Notes under the pieces: generated by a model
Told to the model about the DNA's origin: nothing
Seen by the model: the letters and a program-made list of their open reading frames with translations, nothing else
Database searches by the model: none
In this document: positions 11,230 through 21,807 of the stretch, in pieces
How positions within the stretch are numbered: the stretch's first letter is position 1
Layout of the letters: each line of letters starts with the position of its first letter
Assembly: GCA_030167865.1 (NCBI GenBank)
Contig: JALAGF010002361.1
Location: forward strand, 1-64,000
From: Craspedostauros australis
Taxonomy: Eukaryota
Direction of reading: 5' to 3'
DNA length: 64,000 bases
Translations under genes and position numbers: made by a program

Positions 11230-12426
11230 TCATGCTATGTGATCACCTTCTTCGCCTCCGAAGGAAGGCGGCAATCCCAACGGATGCGGAACCCTGGGAC
11301 CAACGCGTCCGAACATCTGGACGATGAACTTGTCCTGAGTTTCGGATGGCAATGATTCGTGCGTCAACAGGTCTTCCGCCTCGAGGCTGTCACCAGGCAC
11401 GGTCGGAAAGAAGATCAAGGCCCTGCCTTGGATCGGCGCCACAGCAAAGCCCAGCTTGTCGAAGGATGTTTCGCCACCATCTTCCATCGTGTTGAGATAG
11501 CAGATGCAGGTCACAACTCTCTGCCCGCCTTCGTCCTTCCATTCGCTGCCGCGCGTGGGCGACGCATCAGAATGCCTCGCAAAGATGGCGCCGGGGCTGT
11601 ACTGCGTCATCACAGGAGCTTCCCAGCTCTGCCATGGATGCTTAGTGATCGCACAAACCCGATCGACCAGACCTGTGACGTGCTCGACGTCTTCGTCCAG
11701 ATTCAACGCAAGGGCCACGCTGGTCCGCGACGATGTGCTGGACATCCTGCGGATGATCGGCAGCACCACCCCGAATGCCAAGATGGCGGCGACGCCGGAT
11801 GCGATCAGCACGGGTGGTAGCGCAGCCTGCACGATCTGATCGATGATGATGCCGTCTGCGTCGCCGACGGAGCCTTCCTGCTGCAACAAACGGACTAGGT
11901 TTGGAATGCCCGCTCCCATGCAAAGAAATGGCAGAGGCCACAGCTTCCGCACATCGAGCGACACATCTGGCGGGTTGGACGTCTTCATCTCGCGGCCCTC
12001 TTCCTCCAGTCGCTGTGCGCGTTGCATGAAGGCCTCGCATTCCTGGGGGCTCAGCAGGTTGGGGACGACGTACACGAGCGGATCCTTCGACAGCAGCTCG
12101 ATGCCTTCGGACGCCGGGACGTTTTCGGCGCGATTGGGGTCAAGGACGGGGATCCTCTCCGCTGAAGCAGACGAAGACGAGCGCAATGCTGAGAACGTCC
12201 TTGTGTGCATAGCTGCACGAATGAATCTCGGGGATCCATCTTGCAACCTTGCTCGTACTGCGTTGCTGCGTGAAGAGCATAGTTGGCTTGGGGTCGTGGG
12301 AAAGGCGAAGGTGGATGGCATCGATGCCCCGTGCCGAAATGAGAGGTTGACGAAGCTATGCGCACATTGCGCATACAACAGAATGGCCACCAATGGAAAG
12401 CAACAGCATGTTGTGAAGAGATTCAT
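11230..12426 (-). CDS. Prolyl 4-hydroxylase-like 2OG-Fe(II) oxygenase, ~398 aa, probable bipartite plastid presequence, two internal hydrophobic segments
   Basis: LSKDPLVYVVPNLLSPQECEAFM, YSPGAIFARHSDAS (HxD), GGQRVVTCICYLN, GGETSF, LLTHESLP (distal His), DKFIVQMF (2OG-binding Lys). N-terminus is a signal peptide ending AHS-FV. Confidence 0.88.
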   Translation of the reverse strand: MNLFTTCCCFPLVAILLYAQCAHSFVNLSFRHGASMPSTFAFPTTPSQLCSSRSNAVRARLQDGSPRFIRAAMHTRTFSALRSSSSASAERIPVLDPNRAENVPASEGIELLSKDPLVYVVPNLLSPQECEAFMQRAQRLEEEGREMKTSNPPDVSLDVRKLWPLPFLCMGAGIPNLVRLLQQEGSVGDADGIIIDQIVQAALPPVLIASGVAAILAFGVVLPIIRRMSSTSSRTSVALALNLDEDVEHVTGLVDRVCAITKHPWQSWEAPVMTQYSPGAIFARHSDASPTRGSEWKDEGGQRVVTCICYLNTMEDGGETSFDKLGFAVAPIQGRALIFFPTVPGDSLEAEDLLTHESLPSETQDKFIVQMFGRVGPRVPHPLGLPPSFGGEEGDHIA

Positions 12427-13973
12427 GATTGTGGCTGGATGTGGCGGCAATTGGTTTGTTGGTTGATTGGTTGGTTGGATGCAACACTCTGCGCATTGAC
12501 TTTATCTTTGCTCTTTTGGTGTGTTTGGCACCAATTGGGCGTGGTGCTCAACTGACAGCCACGATTGCTGTGCCACCAACGCCAACAAATTCACGCGTTC
12601 ATCGACGTCGCCGCAAACAAACTCCCCAACACAACATTTTCCGTATCGAGTCAGACTGGTCGGCGCGGTGCACAACGACAGAACGTACGACGAATCGTGT
12701 CAAAAATGATCTTCCGCTGCCTCCTTCATCATCCATGCCGCGCGACATCGAGGACTTTCGACGCCGCTTCGGGGACGACTGACCCATCCTCTCGGCCATC
12801 TCCTCTTGCTTTGTCGGGCATCGACAGTATGCGGTGGGTGAAGTGTGGGTACGAGTATGCATGCATCCGGGTTGCTCCCAGAATCGGCAGGGAGGATGGG
12901 GAGATGTCAGGCGGATGCAGAACCAAAACCGGAACAGAATGAAATGGGATGACGGCATGTGGCTGGCACATCCATCGTCTTGTTGTGCGACGTGCAAGGT
13001 GCCCGGTGAAGACGAAGGCAGCAACCAGAATCCAAGCAGACCGAGAGAGAGAGAGACCATGTGATTGTCTGATGATCGGCAGCATGAAATCGTAAGACGA
13101 CGAAATCGATGGTACTCACCACTGTAGTTGTTGATGTTGCGCTCACAGAACAACTTGATTGAATGAGTGAATGAATGATCGAATAATTGATTGATGGCGA
13201 AACCCTCCACTGCTGACTGAGCTATTGCCTGTCAGGGAGCCTCCTGAGGTGAGAGGGAGCGCGGCGGGAGCATCGAACACGATACGCAGAGTTCGTGATT
13301 TTGGCAAATCAAACGACAGAACCGAGCACACGATGGGAAAGGGAGAACAAATGACACCTTGGAAGCTGCGGCAGTTGTATTCGTGCGTCTGCGCTCCATA
13401 CATCTACGTCATCGTCTGGACAGACGAATGGAACAGTTTGCCTTTTTGGCCAAGTAGCCTGAATGCTCCATGAGACGCTAATATCAGTCCCGTTTGTACA
13501 TTTTGTCCACATCTGTCATATTTTGTCCATTTGCTTCTCATCTAATCGTGCATAATTCGTTCGAAGTTGATCAAGGTCCGTCCATCAGTCAGTCATCATG
13601 AAATCGTGAAAAAACGGGATTGAAGGAGACATGTCCACGTGTCGTCGCATTTCTGATTGGTCGATGGAGTTGTCGCGGTAAGACGGCTCGCAAAGGATAG
13701 CACATTTCTTCGATTGGGTTCCTCCAGTGTGATCGATTGAGTCCAATCCCAGTCGTGTGCCCCAGTCTTGCACCCATCACATTCGACCGTGAGTTGCCCA
13801 GGTGGTGAAACAGTGGACAAAAGGTCATACTTGTGGCATCCCCACATCACCACCGTCACACCCTTCATACCCTTCATACCACAGTATCGCTCTGGTCAAC
13901 AGAGAACCGCACTGACTCTCATCTGACTCTCATCTGACGCTCAGAGAGGCAACAGCAAACAGCAACCATCAAG

Positions 13974-16900
13974 ATGGGCAAGGACAAGCGCAAGACGCGG
14001 TTGAACAAGGCGGAGAAAGGCGAGTTCATCGGCTTTTCGGCCTTCGCCAGCCCATCCAGCACGTTCAATGCCACTGCAGGAGGCGCACCAACCAGCAAGG
14101 GCGGCGGGGTGTTCCTCACACCGATCTATCAGGGCGATCAGTCCGAGGTCTCCATCCTGTTCCAAAGGATCGGTCAAAAGCGCGATCCCACGACCAAGTC
14201 CAAGGCATTGGCAGAGCTGACAGCCTACTTTCAGGATGACACGCAGGTCAAGAGATCCCAAGTGAACGCCCTGACGCATTTGCTCCATCTGTACCAAAAG
14301 AAGACGCACTATGACAACGCGCCGAACGTTCGGTGCGAGGCGTTGATCTGCCTCACAGCGGCCATCCATCGCGTGCCGAAGGCATTCAAGGTGCTCATCA
14401 CGCAACAGCCAGACCTCATCGGCATGCTCTACTGCCCGCAGATGGATTCATCCGCGGACGTGCGAGAAGCGGCGAAGAAGATGTGGCCAGCCATCGTCGA
14501 CGCCTTGGGGACGGACGACCGGCAGCAATCCCTCGACGAGGGCATTTGGGCGTACGTCGATCGAATCGCATCGTACGGAAAGCCGAAGGTCATGCACGAC
14601 TCGCTATTCGCGAATAAGGCGCAGGGCTCTCTTTCCGAGGCTCAGCTGGAGGAGCTGGGCGAGAAGTTCGAACGCATCGTCGCGGCTGCGCTCGATGGGT
14701 TCCGATCTTGGATTCATCAGAGCAACGAGGTGACCGCAGAGCGCAACGTGCAGTTCATTTACAAGGCCATGACCAACTTGAGACCGTCGCTGAGGCAAAA
14801 GTCGTACGGCATCCTCGCTACCATGTACCAAAAGCCAGCATCCAAGCTGCTGAACCATGACAAATCGGAAAAGCTGATTGCCCAGTCGCTGTCATCTGAG
14901 AAAGAAGCGAACTGCATTCCAGGGTTGCTGGAAGCCCTGCTGAGCTACCTCGCCTTCCTTGAAAAGCCGTCACGGCAGGAAAAGTCAAGGCAATTCGGAA
15001 AGCCGATGGCCAAGCTATTCCGACGGAGCTGCTACGGAGCATCCACGTGGCAATGGGCGCCGTCGTTGCTGCCGCTGGTGGCATCCATCGGTGGTTTGGA
15101 CACGCAAACACAGCTCCTTCTGAGCGTGTCGGAAGGAGCGAAGGACATCGTTGCTGCCAGCAGCCAGCTGGAGGTTACATGCGCAATCGCGGAGACTGCT
15201 GCATTCCTGCTGGCGAAGGCATCGCCACCACCGCAAAGTGACGATGGAGAACAAGACCCCAACGAGAAATTCGGTAAATCGATTGCGGAAGTGCTGTTGC
15301 TGTGCCTGTCGCGGGCGTTGGCCACAAAGCCCACAAGTTCCATCCAGGTCATCCATCAGAAGGTGCTGTCCATGTGCGTGAAGACCTTGAAGAGATTTCA
15401 GACAATTTCGGAATCCACCGTCTTCAATCTCATCCGAGAATGGTTCTGGCAGGAGGCATTGCCAGGTGCGCTCGGCGCCAAGGATCAAATTGACGCATCC
15501 TTGAAGCTCTTTTTGAAGGAGCTCCTCAAGCAGCAAACATCCGCAACCAACGACGGCGGTGATACCGACGACGACAAGCAAGGCACCGGAACTGTCTTGC
15601 GAGGCAGTCTCACCGCCCCTCTGCGCACAACATTTCACGGCAAGCTGAAGGCATACAGCCAATCCGTCCCAAGCATTGAAGACTACAACCTCCTCTTGAT
15701 CATCCTGAATTACAGCACGGTCGAAGCCATATTCCAGGGGCAAAACAACGACAGCAACAGCAACAGCAACAGCAACAGTGGTGATGGTGGACACAACGAG
15801 GACGATGCCAAGGTGACACTGCAAAAGTTCGTCATGAACGACCTCCTGTGTTGGATGATTGTGCATTCCAGCTCCATCTCAACTTCCAAGAACGCAGCCG
15901 CGACGAAGATCACATTCTCCATCTTCGGAACAGTCCTGCAGCAGTCCAAGGACGGCGATGAATCATGGGGCGTCGCATTGCGTGAACTGCTCACTGCAAA
16001 ATGTGACATCGGGATGCTCTGCATCGGGATGAGGACCATGGCGGCGACGCTGAAATCCTCTCTCGACACTCTACAGTGTCCTGAGCTGGATCAGTTCTGC
16101 GCCAAGGTTGGGGAGGATGGTGACGCACACCCCGTCCGTGACAGTGATCTGGAGGAATTCCTCGCTTTGGTCGTGGGTCTCGATCATAGCGATGCTGCCG
16201 CTGACGTTGGCGATCCAGCTGTTGCTGCTAATGATGATGCAGCATCGCTCATTTCGGCAGACGTCATTGACACATGGATCGCTCGATGTCCCGCCACGAT
16301 TTCTCCGACTTGGATTCCGTGCAACGAGGCCGTGCTGGCCACGCTTCTCCAGTTGGTCAAGAGCGGACGGCTGGAGAATGACCACCACACTCAGGTAGTC
16401 TTGCAGGCTTGGCGGCAGGGTGGTTCATGCTGGCACACGGCAGCCACGATGCTAGATCACAGCAGCGCTATCGAACAAAGATCGGCCGTGATCGACAGGA
16501 TGCAAACAGAGTTGCAAAGCTTCATGGAGGACGTTGCGTCTGCTCATGTTCTGTATGAAGACAATCCGCCCGCCGTCACCAACTGGTGCGAACGCTCCAT
16601 CAGATTCTGCAAGTTTGTTTCCAAACCGCAACGAGCCAAGCCGGAAAAGTCCATCCTTGCTTGCATTGGGATTGGAGATCTCAACCTTTGGAAAACAGCT
16701 AATTCAGCCGGCGTTGGCGCGGAATCATTGCTACATTGCTTCATGGAGCTGATGGTGCGGATAGAGGACAAGGAGCAACGCATCCAGCTCGTTGAGGATG
16801 TGGAGGATCGTACGCTCATCCTTCACCAGATCCTGTACGCTGCATCGTGCGGCGACACGAAGCTCTCTGCCACAGTCCTGAAGCAGAAGCATGTCGATCG

Positions 16901-19493
16901 GTTCGGAGAGGTCATTCAGTTGCTTGGCGAAACGGCTCGCGATGGCCACGACAAGGATGCCACGGCCGCCCTCAGCTCCAGTGTTCCGGTTTCTTCATCT
17001 CTTCACCATGGCCAAGCCAAAGAAGTTCTCGATATCTGCGTGAGGGCAATTCGAGAACAGCTCGAGAACTCAAATGATGCCAGCGGCGATATTCAAGCAA
17101 GCAAAGAAGTTGCCATGATGGCGCGCCTCTCCGAGATGCTGTATCCTCGCATCCTTCCGCCGAAAATCAGTGGGAATGCCCAAGCGGCACAGTTCCAGCA
17201 GGGTGACCTGGCCTGGTACCTAACGACCCCTGACGATGAGACGAAGCGCGAGCGAGTGACGATCGTCAAAGTCCACCGTGATGATCAGCTGAAGCTCTAT
17301 TACACCATTGCCGTAACCCGTGATGGTGCGTCCGTGGAAAAGCAAACAGTGCCGGACCGATTGAAGTTGGGTACGCCAGAAGAGGAGGCTGAGGAAGCCG
17401 CTCGCGCAGCAGCAGCGAAAGCCAAGCATGAAGCTCGACAAAAGGAAGCAATCGCGCTGTCGGAACTGATCGTGGGCAAGATGCTGAAGCCAAATTCTGA
17501 CAAATTGCGACCGTTTCAGATGGAGCTTCTCAGCATTGCGACGGCCTTTTTCGGGTACGGTCCAAGGCGTGGAATTGGAACTCTGCATCACGATGCAATC
17601 TCTTTGCTTTCTTCCGCGCAACAGCAGATCCTGACGACATCGAGGGTGGAGTCTGTGCAAATGGATCAACTCATCGTGCCTCTATTGAAGCTCAGTTTCG
17701 CTGCCGGATACGGAATCAACTGCCTTGCATCTCCGCACAACATGGCAGTCCTGGGCTTTGACCCATTACCTTCGGTGCGCGTCATCAAGGAACACTGGGA
17801 ACGTGGCAGCGATTTCAGTCCAGAAGCAGCGTCTGCAGTCCTGATGTGGCTCACACTGTCGTTTCCAAGAGAAAAGACGGAGAATGTGACCGCTGAGGGT
17901 GGATCAGGCCCCATGCTCTTCTCACTGGCGTCCAAACTATTGAAGATCGAGAACGCCGGACGTTCCTTCGGTATACAGCAGTACATTGCACTCCGAGCCA
18001 TGCGTGTTGGCATGGACACCATGATGGTTGGAAATGATGCTAAACAAACGGCCATTGAGGAATTGATCCGTGCATTTTCTCAATCTTGGAATGATAGTGA
18101 TGACGGTGATGGTGGTAGCGATAGAGGCGGGAACGAGGGCAGTGCTCATGACGACCAGGGTGATGGCAACTCTGACCCTCTTGGCGACGCATCAAACTCA
18201 GCTGCTGGCGCCGCGGCAGATAACCAGGCCGGACTTGACACCAGTATTTGGGGCGACCTTGTGCGATCCGTCGTCAGGGAAGCAATGAACTTTGAAAAAG
18301 ATGCGCTTCGGAATGCAAGCAGGCTATGTATCAATGACTTGGTGAAGTGTCTCTTCGTCGCCGAGAAACAGTCGGTGAGCTTGCAACTGCTGCATTTCTC
18401 TTTCCTCGAAATTCCGGGGCCTCTTGCGAGCATCGAGCAAGTTGAGTATAGCGATCTGACCGTCCAGAAATTGCAGGAGTGGAGCGAAGGTCTGCCAGAG
18501 GATGAAGTTGAAGATTTGAAGGAAGACATGGCGACTGTGTCACAGTGGATCCCCGACGGGATACTGATCCAAATTGAAAGCTGGACGAAGGAAGATGCTG
18601 ATCCTGACGATTTCATCGCCTGCTCCAGGATGCTATTGTGGTTGACGCTGCTGGAAGCTGTCGAAGCTGCCGCCCGCAGCGACCCTGCGAACAGACAAGC
18701 CATCGTCTCGTACATTCGAAGGACGCAGGGGCTTGAGCACGTCCTTGGCTGGGTGCTGCGGTACGCAACGGCCTTGTCGCAGAAGAACGTCAAAACCGAC
18801 ACGACCACCGCGTTCGACGTGGACGCGTTGGCGCGTCACCCAGAAGCGTGCACGCTGTCGGAGCTTTCGGAGCTCGTCCTTTTCCGCACCACCGAGGTTT
18901 TCCCATCGTTGATGAAGAACTGGTGGGAGATGGATTGCCCCAAGCCGTACGTCCATCGCATCAAGGAATTCGTCATCGAACACGTGTCGCCCAAGATCCT
19001 CGAACGGCAGATGACGCGCATCCTGATCATCGCCGCGCATGGTGAGCTGGAGGTCAAGGGAGGTGTCATGAGCCGCCAAGTGGAGGCGCTGTACACCCAA
19101 GACGATTTCAAGCTATCGGTCTCCATCCGTCTGCCGAAGGCTTTCCCCCTCCTCGGTGCCGAAGTCGACTGTTCCAAATCGTACGGCGTCGTCGAGTCCA
19201 GATGGAAGCGATGGTCGCTGATGATCAAGATGATGCTGAACAATCAAGGCAGGACGTTGCGAGATGCGCTGGTATTCTGGGCACAAAATGTGGACCAGGA
19301 ATTCGAAGGCGTCGAGCCGTGTCCGATCTGCTATTCCGTGTTGCATGTCAAATCGCACAAGCTGCCCACTCTGCAATGCACAACGTGCAGCAACCGGTTC
19401 CATTCCGACTGTCTGATGCAATGGTTCCGAAGCAGCGGAAACAGCGTCTGCGTCATGTGCCAGCAGCCATGGAATGGTACCAGGGTGCAGTGA
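13974..19493 (+). CDS. LTN1: E3 ubiquitin ligase listerin (ribosome quality control), 1839 aa, intronless
   Basis: N-terminal FIGFSAF and KRDPTTKSKALAEL motifs, RWD-like region (LSVSIRLPKAFPL), C-terminal RING FEGVEPCPICYSVLH...LPTLQCTTCSNRFHSDCLMQWFRSSGNSVCVMCQQPW. Confidence 0.96.
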   Translation: MGKDKRKTRLNKAEKGEFIGFSAFASPSSTFNATAGGAPTSKGGGVFLTPIYQGDQSEVSILFQRIGQKRDPTTKSKALAELTAYFQDDTQVKRSQVNALTHLLHLYQKKTHYDNAPNVRCEALICLTAAIHRVPKAFKVLITQQPDLIGMLYCPQMDSSADVREAAKKMWPAIVDALGTDDRQQSLDEGIWAYVDRIASYGKPKVMHDSLFANKAQGSLSEAQLEELGEKFERIVAAALDGFRSWIHQSNEVTAERNVQFIYKAMTNLRPSLRQKSYGILATMYQKPASKLLNHDKSEKLIAQSLSSEKEANCIPGLLEALLSYLAFLEKPSRQEKSRQFGKPMAKLFRRSCYGASTWQWAPSLLPLVASIGGLDTQTQLLLSVSEGAKDIVAASSQLEVTCAIAETAAFLLAKASPPPQSDDGEQDPNEKFGKSIAEVLLLCLSRALATKPTSSIQVIHQKVLSMCVKTLKRFQTISESTVFNLIREWFWQEALPGALGAKDQIDASLKLFLKELLKQQTSATNDGGDTDDDKQGTGTVLRGSLTAPLRTTFHGKLKAYSQSVPSIEDYNLLLIILNYSTVEAIFQGQNNDSNSNSNSNSGDGGHNEDDAKVTLQKFVMNDLLCWMIVHSSSISTSKNAAATKITFSIFGTVLQQSKDGDESWGVALRELLTAKCDIGMLCIGMRTMAATLKSSLDTLQCPELDQFCAKVGEDGDAHPVRDSDLEEFLALVVGLDHSDAAADVGDPAVAANDDAASLISADVIDTWIARCPATISPTWIPCNEAVLATLLQLVKSGRLENDHHTQVVLQAWRQGGSCWHTAATMLDHSSAIEQRSAVIDRMQTELQSFMEDVASAHVLYEDNPPAVTNWCERSIRFCKFVSKPQRAKPEKSILACIGIGDLNLWKTANSAGVGAESLLHCFMELMVRIEDKEQRIQLVEDVEDRTLILHQILYAASCGDTKLSATVLKQKHVDRFGEVIQLLGETARDGHDKDATAALSSSVPVSSSLHHGQAKEVLDICVRAIREQLENSNDASGDIQASKEVAMMARLSEMLYPRILPPKISGNAQAAQFQQGDLAWYLTTPDDETKRERVTIVKVHRDDQLKLYYTIAVTRDGASVEKQTVPDRLKLGTPEEEAEEAARAAAAKAKHEARQKEAIALSELIVGKMLKPNSDKLRPFQMELLSIATAFFGYGPRRGIGTLHHDAISLLSSAQQQILTTSRVESVQMDQLIVPLLKLSFAAGYGINCLASPHNMAVLGFDPLPSVRVIKEHWERGSDFSPEAASAVLMWLTLSFPREKTENVTAEGGSGPMLFSLASKLLKIENAGRSFGIQQYIALRAMRVGMDTMMVGNDAKQTAIEELIRAFSQSWNDSDDGDGGSDRGGNEGSAHDDQGDGNSDPLGDASNSAAGAAADNQAGLDTSIWGDLVRSVVREAMNFEKDALRNASRLCINDLVKCLFVAEKQSVSLQLLHFSFLEIPGPLASIEQVEYSDLTVQKLQEWSEGLPEDEVEDLKEDMATVSQWIPDGILIQIESWTKEDADPDDFIACSRMLLWLTLLEAVEAAARSDPANRQAIVSYIRRTQGLEHVLGWVLRYATALSQKNVKTDTTTAFDVDALARHPEACTLSELSELVLFRTTEVFPSLMKNWWEMDCPKPYVHRIKEFVIEHVSPKILERQMTRILIIAAHGELEVKGGVMSRQVEALYTQDDFKLSVSIRLPKAFPLLGAEVDCSKSYGVVESRWKRWSLMIKMMLNNQGRTLRDALVFWAQNVDQEFEGVEPCPICYSVLHVKSHKLPTLQCTTCSNRFHSDCLMQWFRSSGNSVCVMCQQPWNGTRVQ

Positions 19494-19934
19494 ATCAGTC
19501 TTCCCCCCTACGAGCACGGGTAATGCTATAAATTTGTTCGCGAAGCAACATACCATGAGTCAGTCCTCCCAGTACAGTTGTGCACATACGAGTAGAGCAT
19601 GCCATTATTGCTGTTACAACCAATGTCTACCATGCATCAATGGCGGTCTCGATTTCCGCTCTTCGAAGATCTTCCACAAACGAAATCGTGTATCGGCACT
19701 CTGCAGAAACCAAGAGAGAGAGAGAGAGAGAGCAAATGCAGTTTCATCTCGGTCGGACTCCCTGCAGTTGCGCATCTTCTCCTTTTCGCCATTGCGTGAT
19801 TGCATGCCTGATGTCGCCCCCTTTGAATGACATCTCTCTGATTTGCAAAACGTAGACAGCACGAAGGTCAGTGCACGGTACAAACTTCACCGAATGTGTT
19901 GCAAGTGCAATCGTCCAAGATTTCATGTCTGGTG

Positions 19935-21807
19935 CTAATCTCGTTCCCGCTTCGAACTCTTGCTCTTCGAACTCTTGCTGGAACTATCGCTCGACGAAGC
20001 CGACGATGACGGATCGGGTTGTGGAGCTGGGGTGGGAATGGGCTGTGGAGCGGGGGTGGGACTTATCTGAGTGACGGGGGCCGATGTGGGTCGCGGCGTT
20101 GGAGACTGTGTCGGCGCCGGTTGACTTTGAACGGAAGCGTCGTGAATCAGGGTGCGGTGGACAGGAGGTGAACGATGAGTATGGGGTGTGAGTGCCAGTA
20201 CTTGTGGGCGTGTTTGGGTGTGTGCAAACAGGAGAAAGCATTGCATTGCATTGCATTGCATTGCATTGATGTAACCGCGTTTGCATGTGGTGGCCAAGTC
20301 ATGGATGAGGTGGATCAATTGGATCCACTGGATGGCACTTACCTTGCAGAGCTGCACGAGGCAGGGAAATAAGTTGGAGTGGCATCGTTGTCGTGTGAGC
20401 AGTTGGTGTTGACGAAAGAGCGATGGAATAGAAAAGAGCACAAACAAAAATAGAGTACATCGAAATACTCGTCGAAAGGGTGAGTTGGTTGCAATGGTGT
20501 TCGAAGATGTGCGTACATCGCAGCGGACTGCACTTGCGCATTCTCGAGTTCGCAACCTTCTGACGCATCATGCGCACTCACCTTGAGTCTGATTTGCTAG
20601 ACTTGCTGGATTTCGAAGAAGAGCTTGATGCCGCAGCCTGTGCCTGAACCGGGGCCGTAGTTGCAGCCACAACGGGAGCTGACGTTGGAGACATCGCCGA
20701 AGCGGATGATGAAGACGCCGACTTGTCCGATTTGTTAGACTTGGACGATGGGGTCGTGGTGGGGACAGTGGGCACAGTGGGTGTAGCGGGCACGCCGCTG
20801 CTTGACTTGTCCGATTTGTTTGATTTGGATGTGGTAGACAGGGCCGGAGTCTGAGTTGTCGTTGTGGTGGCGGTGGCGGTGCTGCTGCTACTGCTGTCAG
20901 ACTTGTCCGATTTGCTTGACTTTGACGAGCTGTTCCCCGAAGATGGTTCCTTGGTTGATTTGGTGGATTTGAATCCTCCTCCTCCATTTGCTTTTGGCAG
21001 CTTCGGTGATGGAGCAACGCCGATGCCTGGTGTCGGTGCGTCCATGGAGCTTGAAGCCGATGATGAGGTTGGCGACTTTGTGGATTTCGGTGACTTTGTG
21101 GATGTTGTCAGGCCAGGCAGGTTTGCGTTTCTGTCATACGGATTGTTTCGAAATTGCAGAACAACGAGCGACATTCGTTTGGCAGCGGAGACGGATGCGA
21201 TGGTGATGGTGATGATTGGACGATGTGGAAAGCAATGAAATACGAATTATCTTGTCAGAATATGGAACGTCGTTGTGTCGTTGAGCTCGATTTCAACTTG
21301 CGGTCTGCGCGACGGTATCCTCGCAGCAGTCGCGTTGTCTCATGTGGTTACCTGCCAATACAAGCTACTGCTTTCGTTGGCATTCGCCTTTTTCAAGTGC
21401 GCGTTCCGTGATAGCAGGTCCCATACGATCTCGAACGCAGCATACTCACCGCTTCATCTGCTTCGTGGCTCGAGACTCCTGGGGAATGAGAGAAAGGAAG
21501 GAAGGAAGATTGCGAATGAAAAAACAGTCGGAATGCATGGTAATTGGGGAGGACAAAAAACAAAGGTGAGCTGGTGATGGATTGTTGGATGGCGATGGCA
21601 TCGCGGGCACCCACTGTTCTGACTTGGTGTGCAGCTGCAACAATGGATACTCACTGTTGGCTGGCCATCGGCATTTCTGAAGCGGACCCGTCTTTTCCCC
21701 TGTTGGTCCTTCGCATCAACCGGCGCGTCCGGATAGAAGATGTAGCTCGAGGCGCATCCCAGTTGGACGGCGAGGAGAACAATCGGTAGCGCCGCTGTAT
21801 ATCTCAT
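19935..21807 (-). CDS. Silaffin-like secreted Ser/Thr/Pro/Lys-rich protein with KxxK clusters, ~309 aa, 5 exons
   Basis: Hand-spliced exons 21807-21655, 21478-21450, 21130-20582, 20351-20343, 20124-19935. Donors are GTGAGT/GTAAGT and the phases (0,2,2,2) keep one frame. Signal peptide MRYTAALPIVLLAVQLGCASS. Repeated KSPKSTKS, KSSKSDKS, KSNKSDKS, KSSKSSKS, KSSKSKSSK between T/P-rich spacers. The last acceptor is AAG, which is less certain. Confidence 0.75.
20238..20268. repeat. (GCATT)n pentanucleotide microsatellite in the last intron of the silaffin-like gene
   Basis: Direct reading, about 6 units. Confidence 0.9.
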
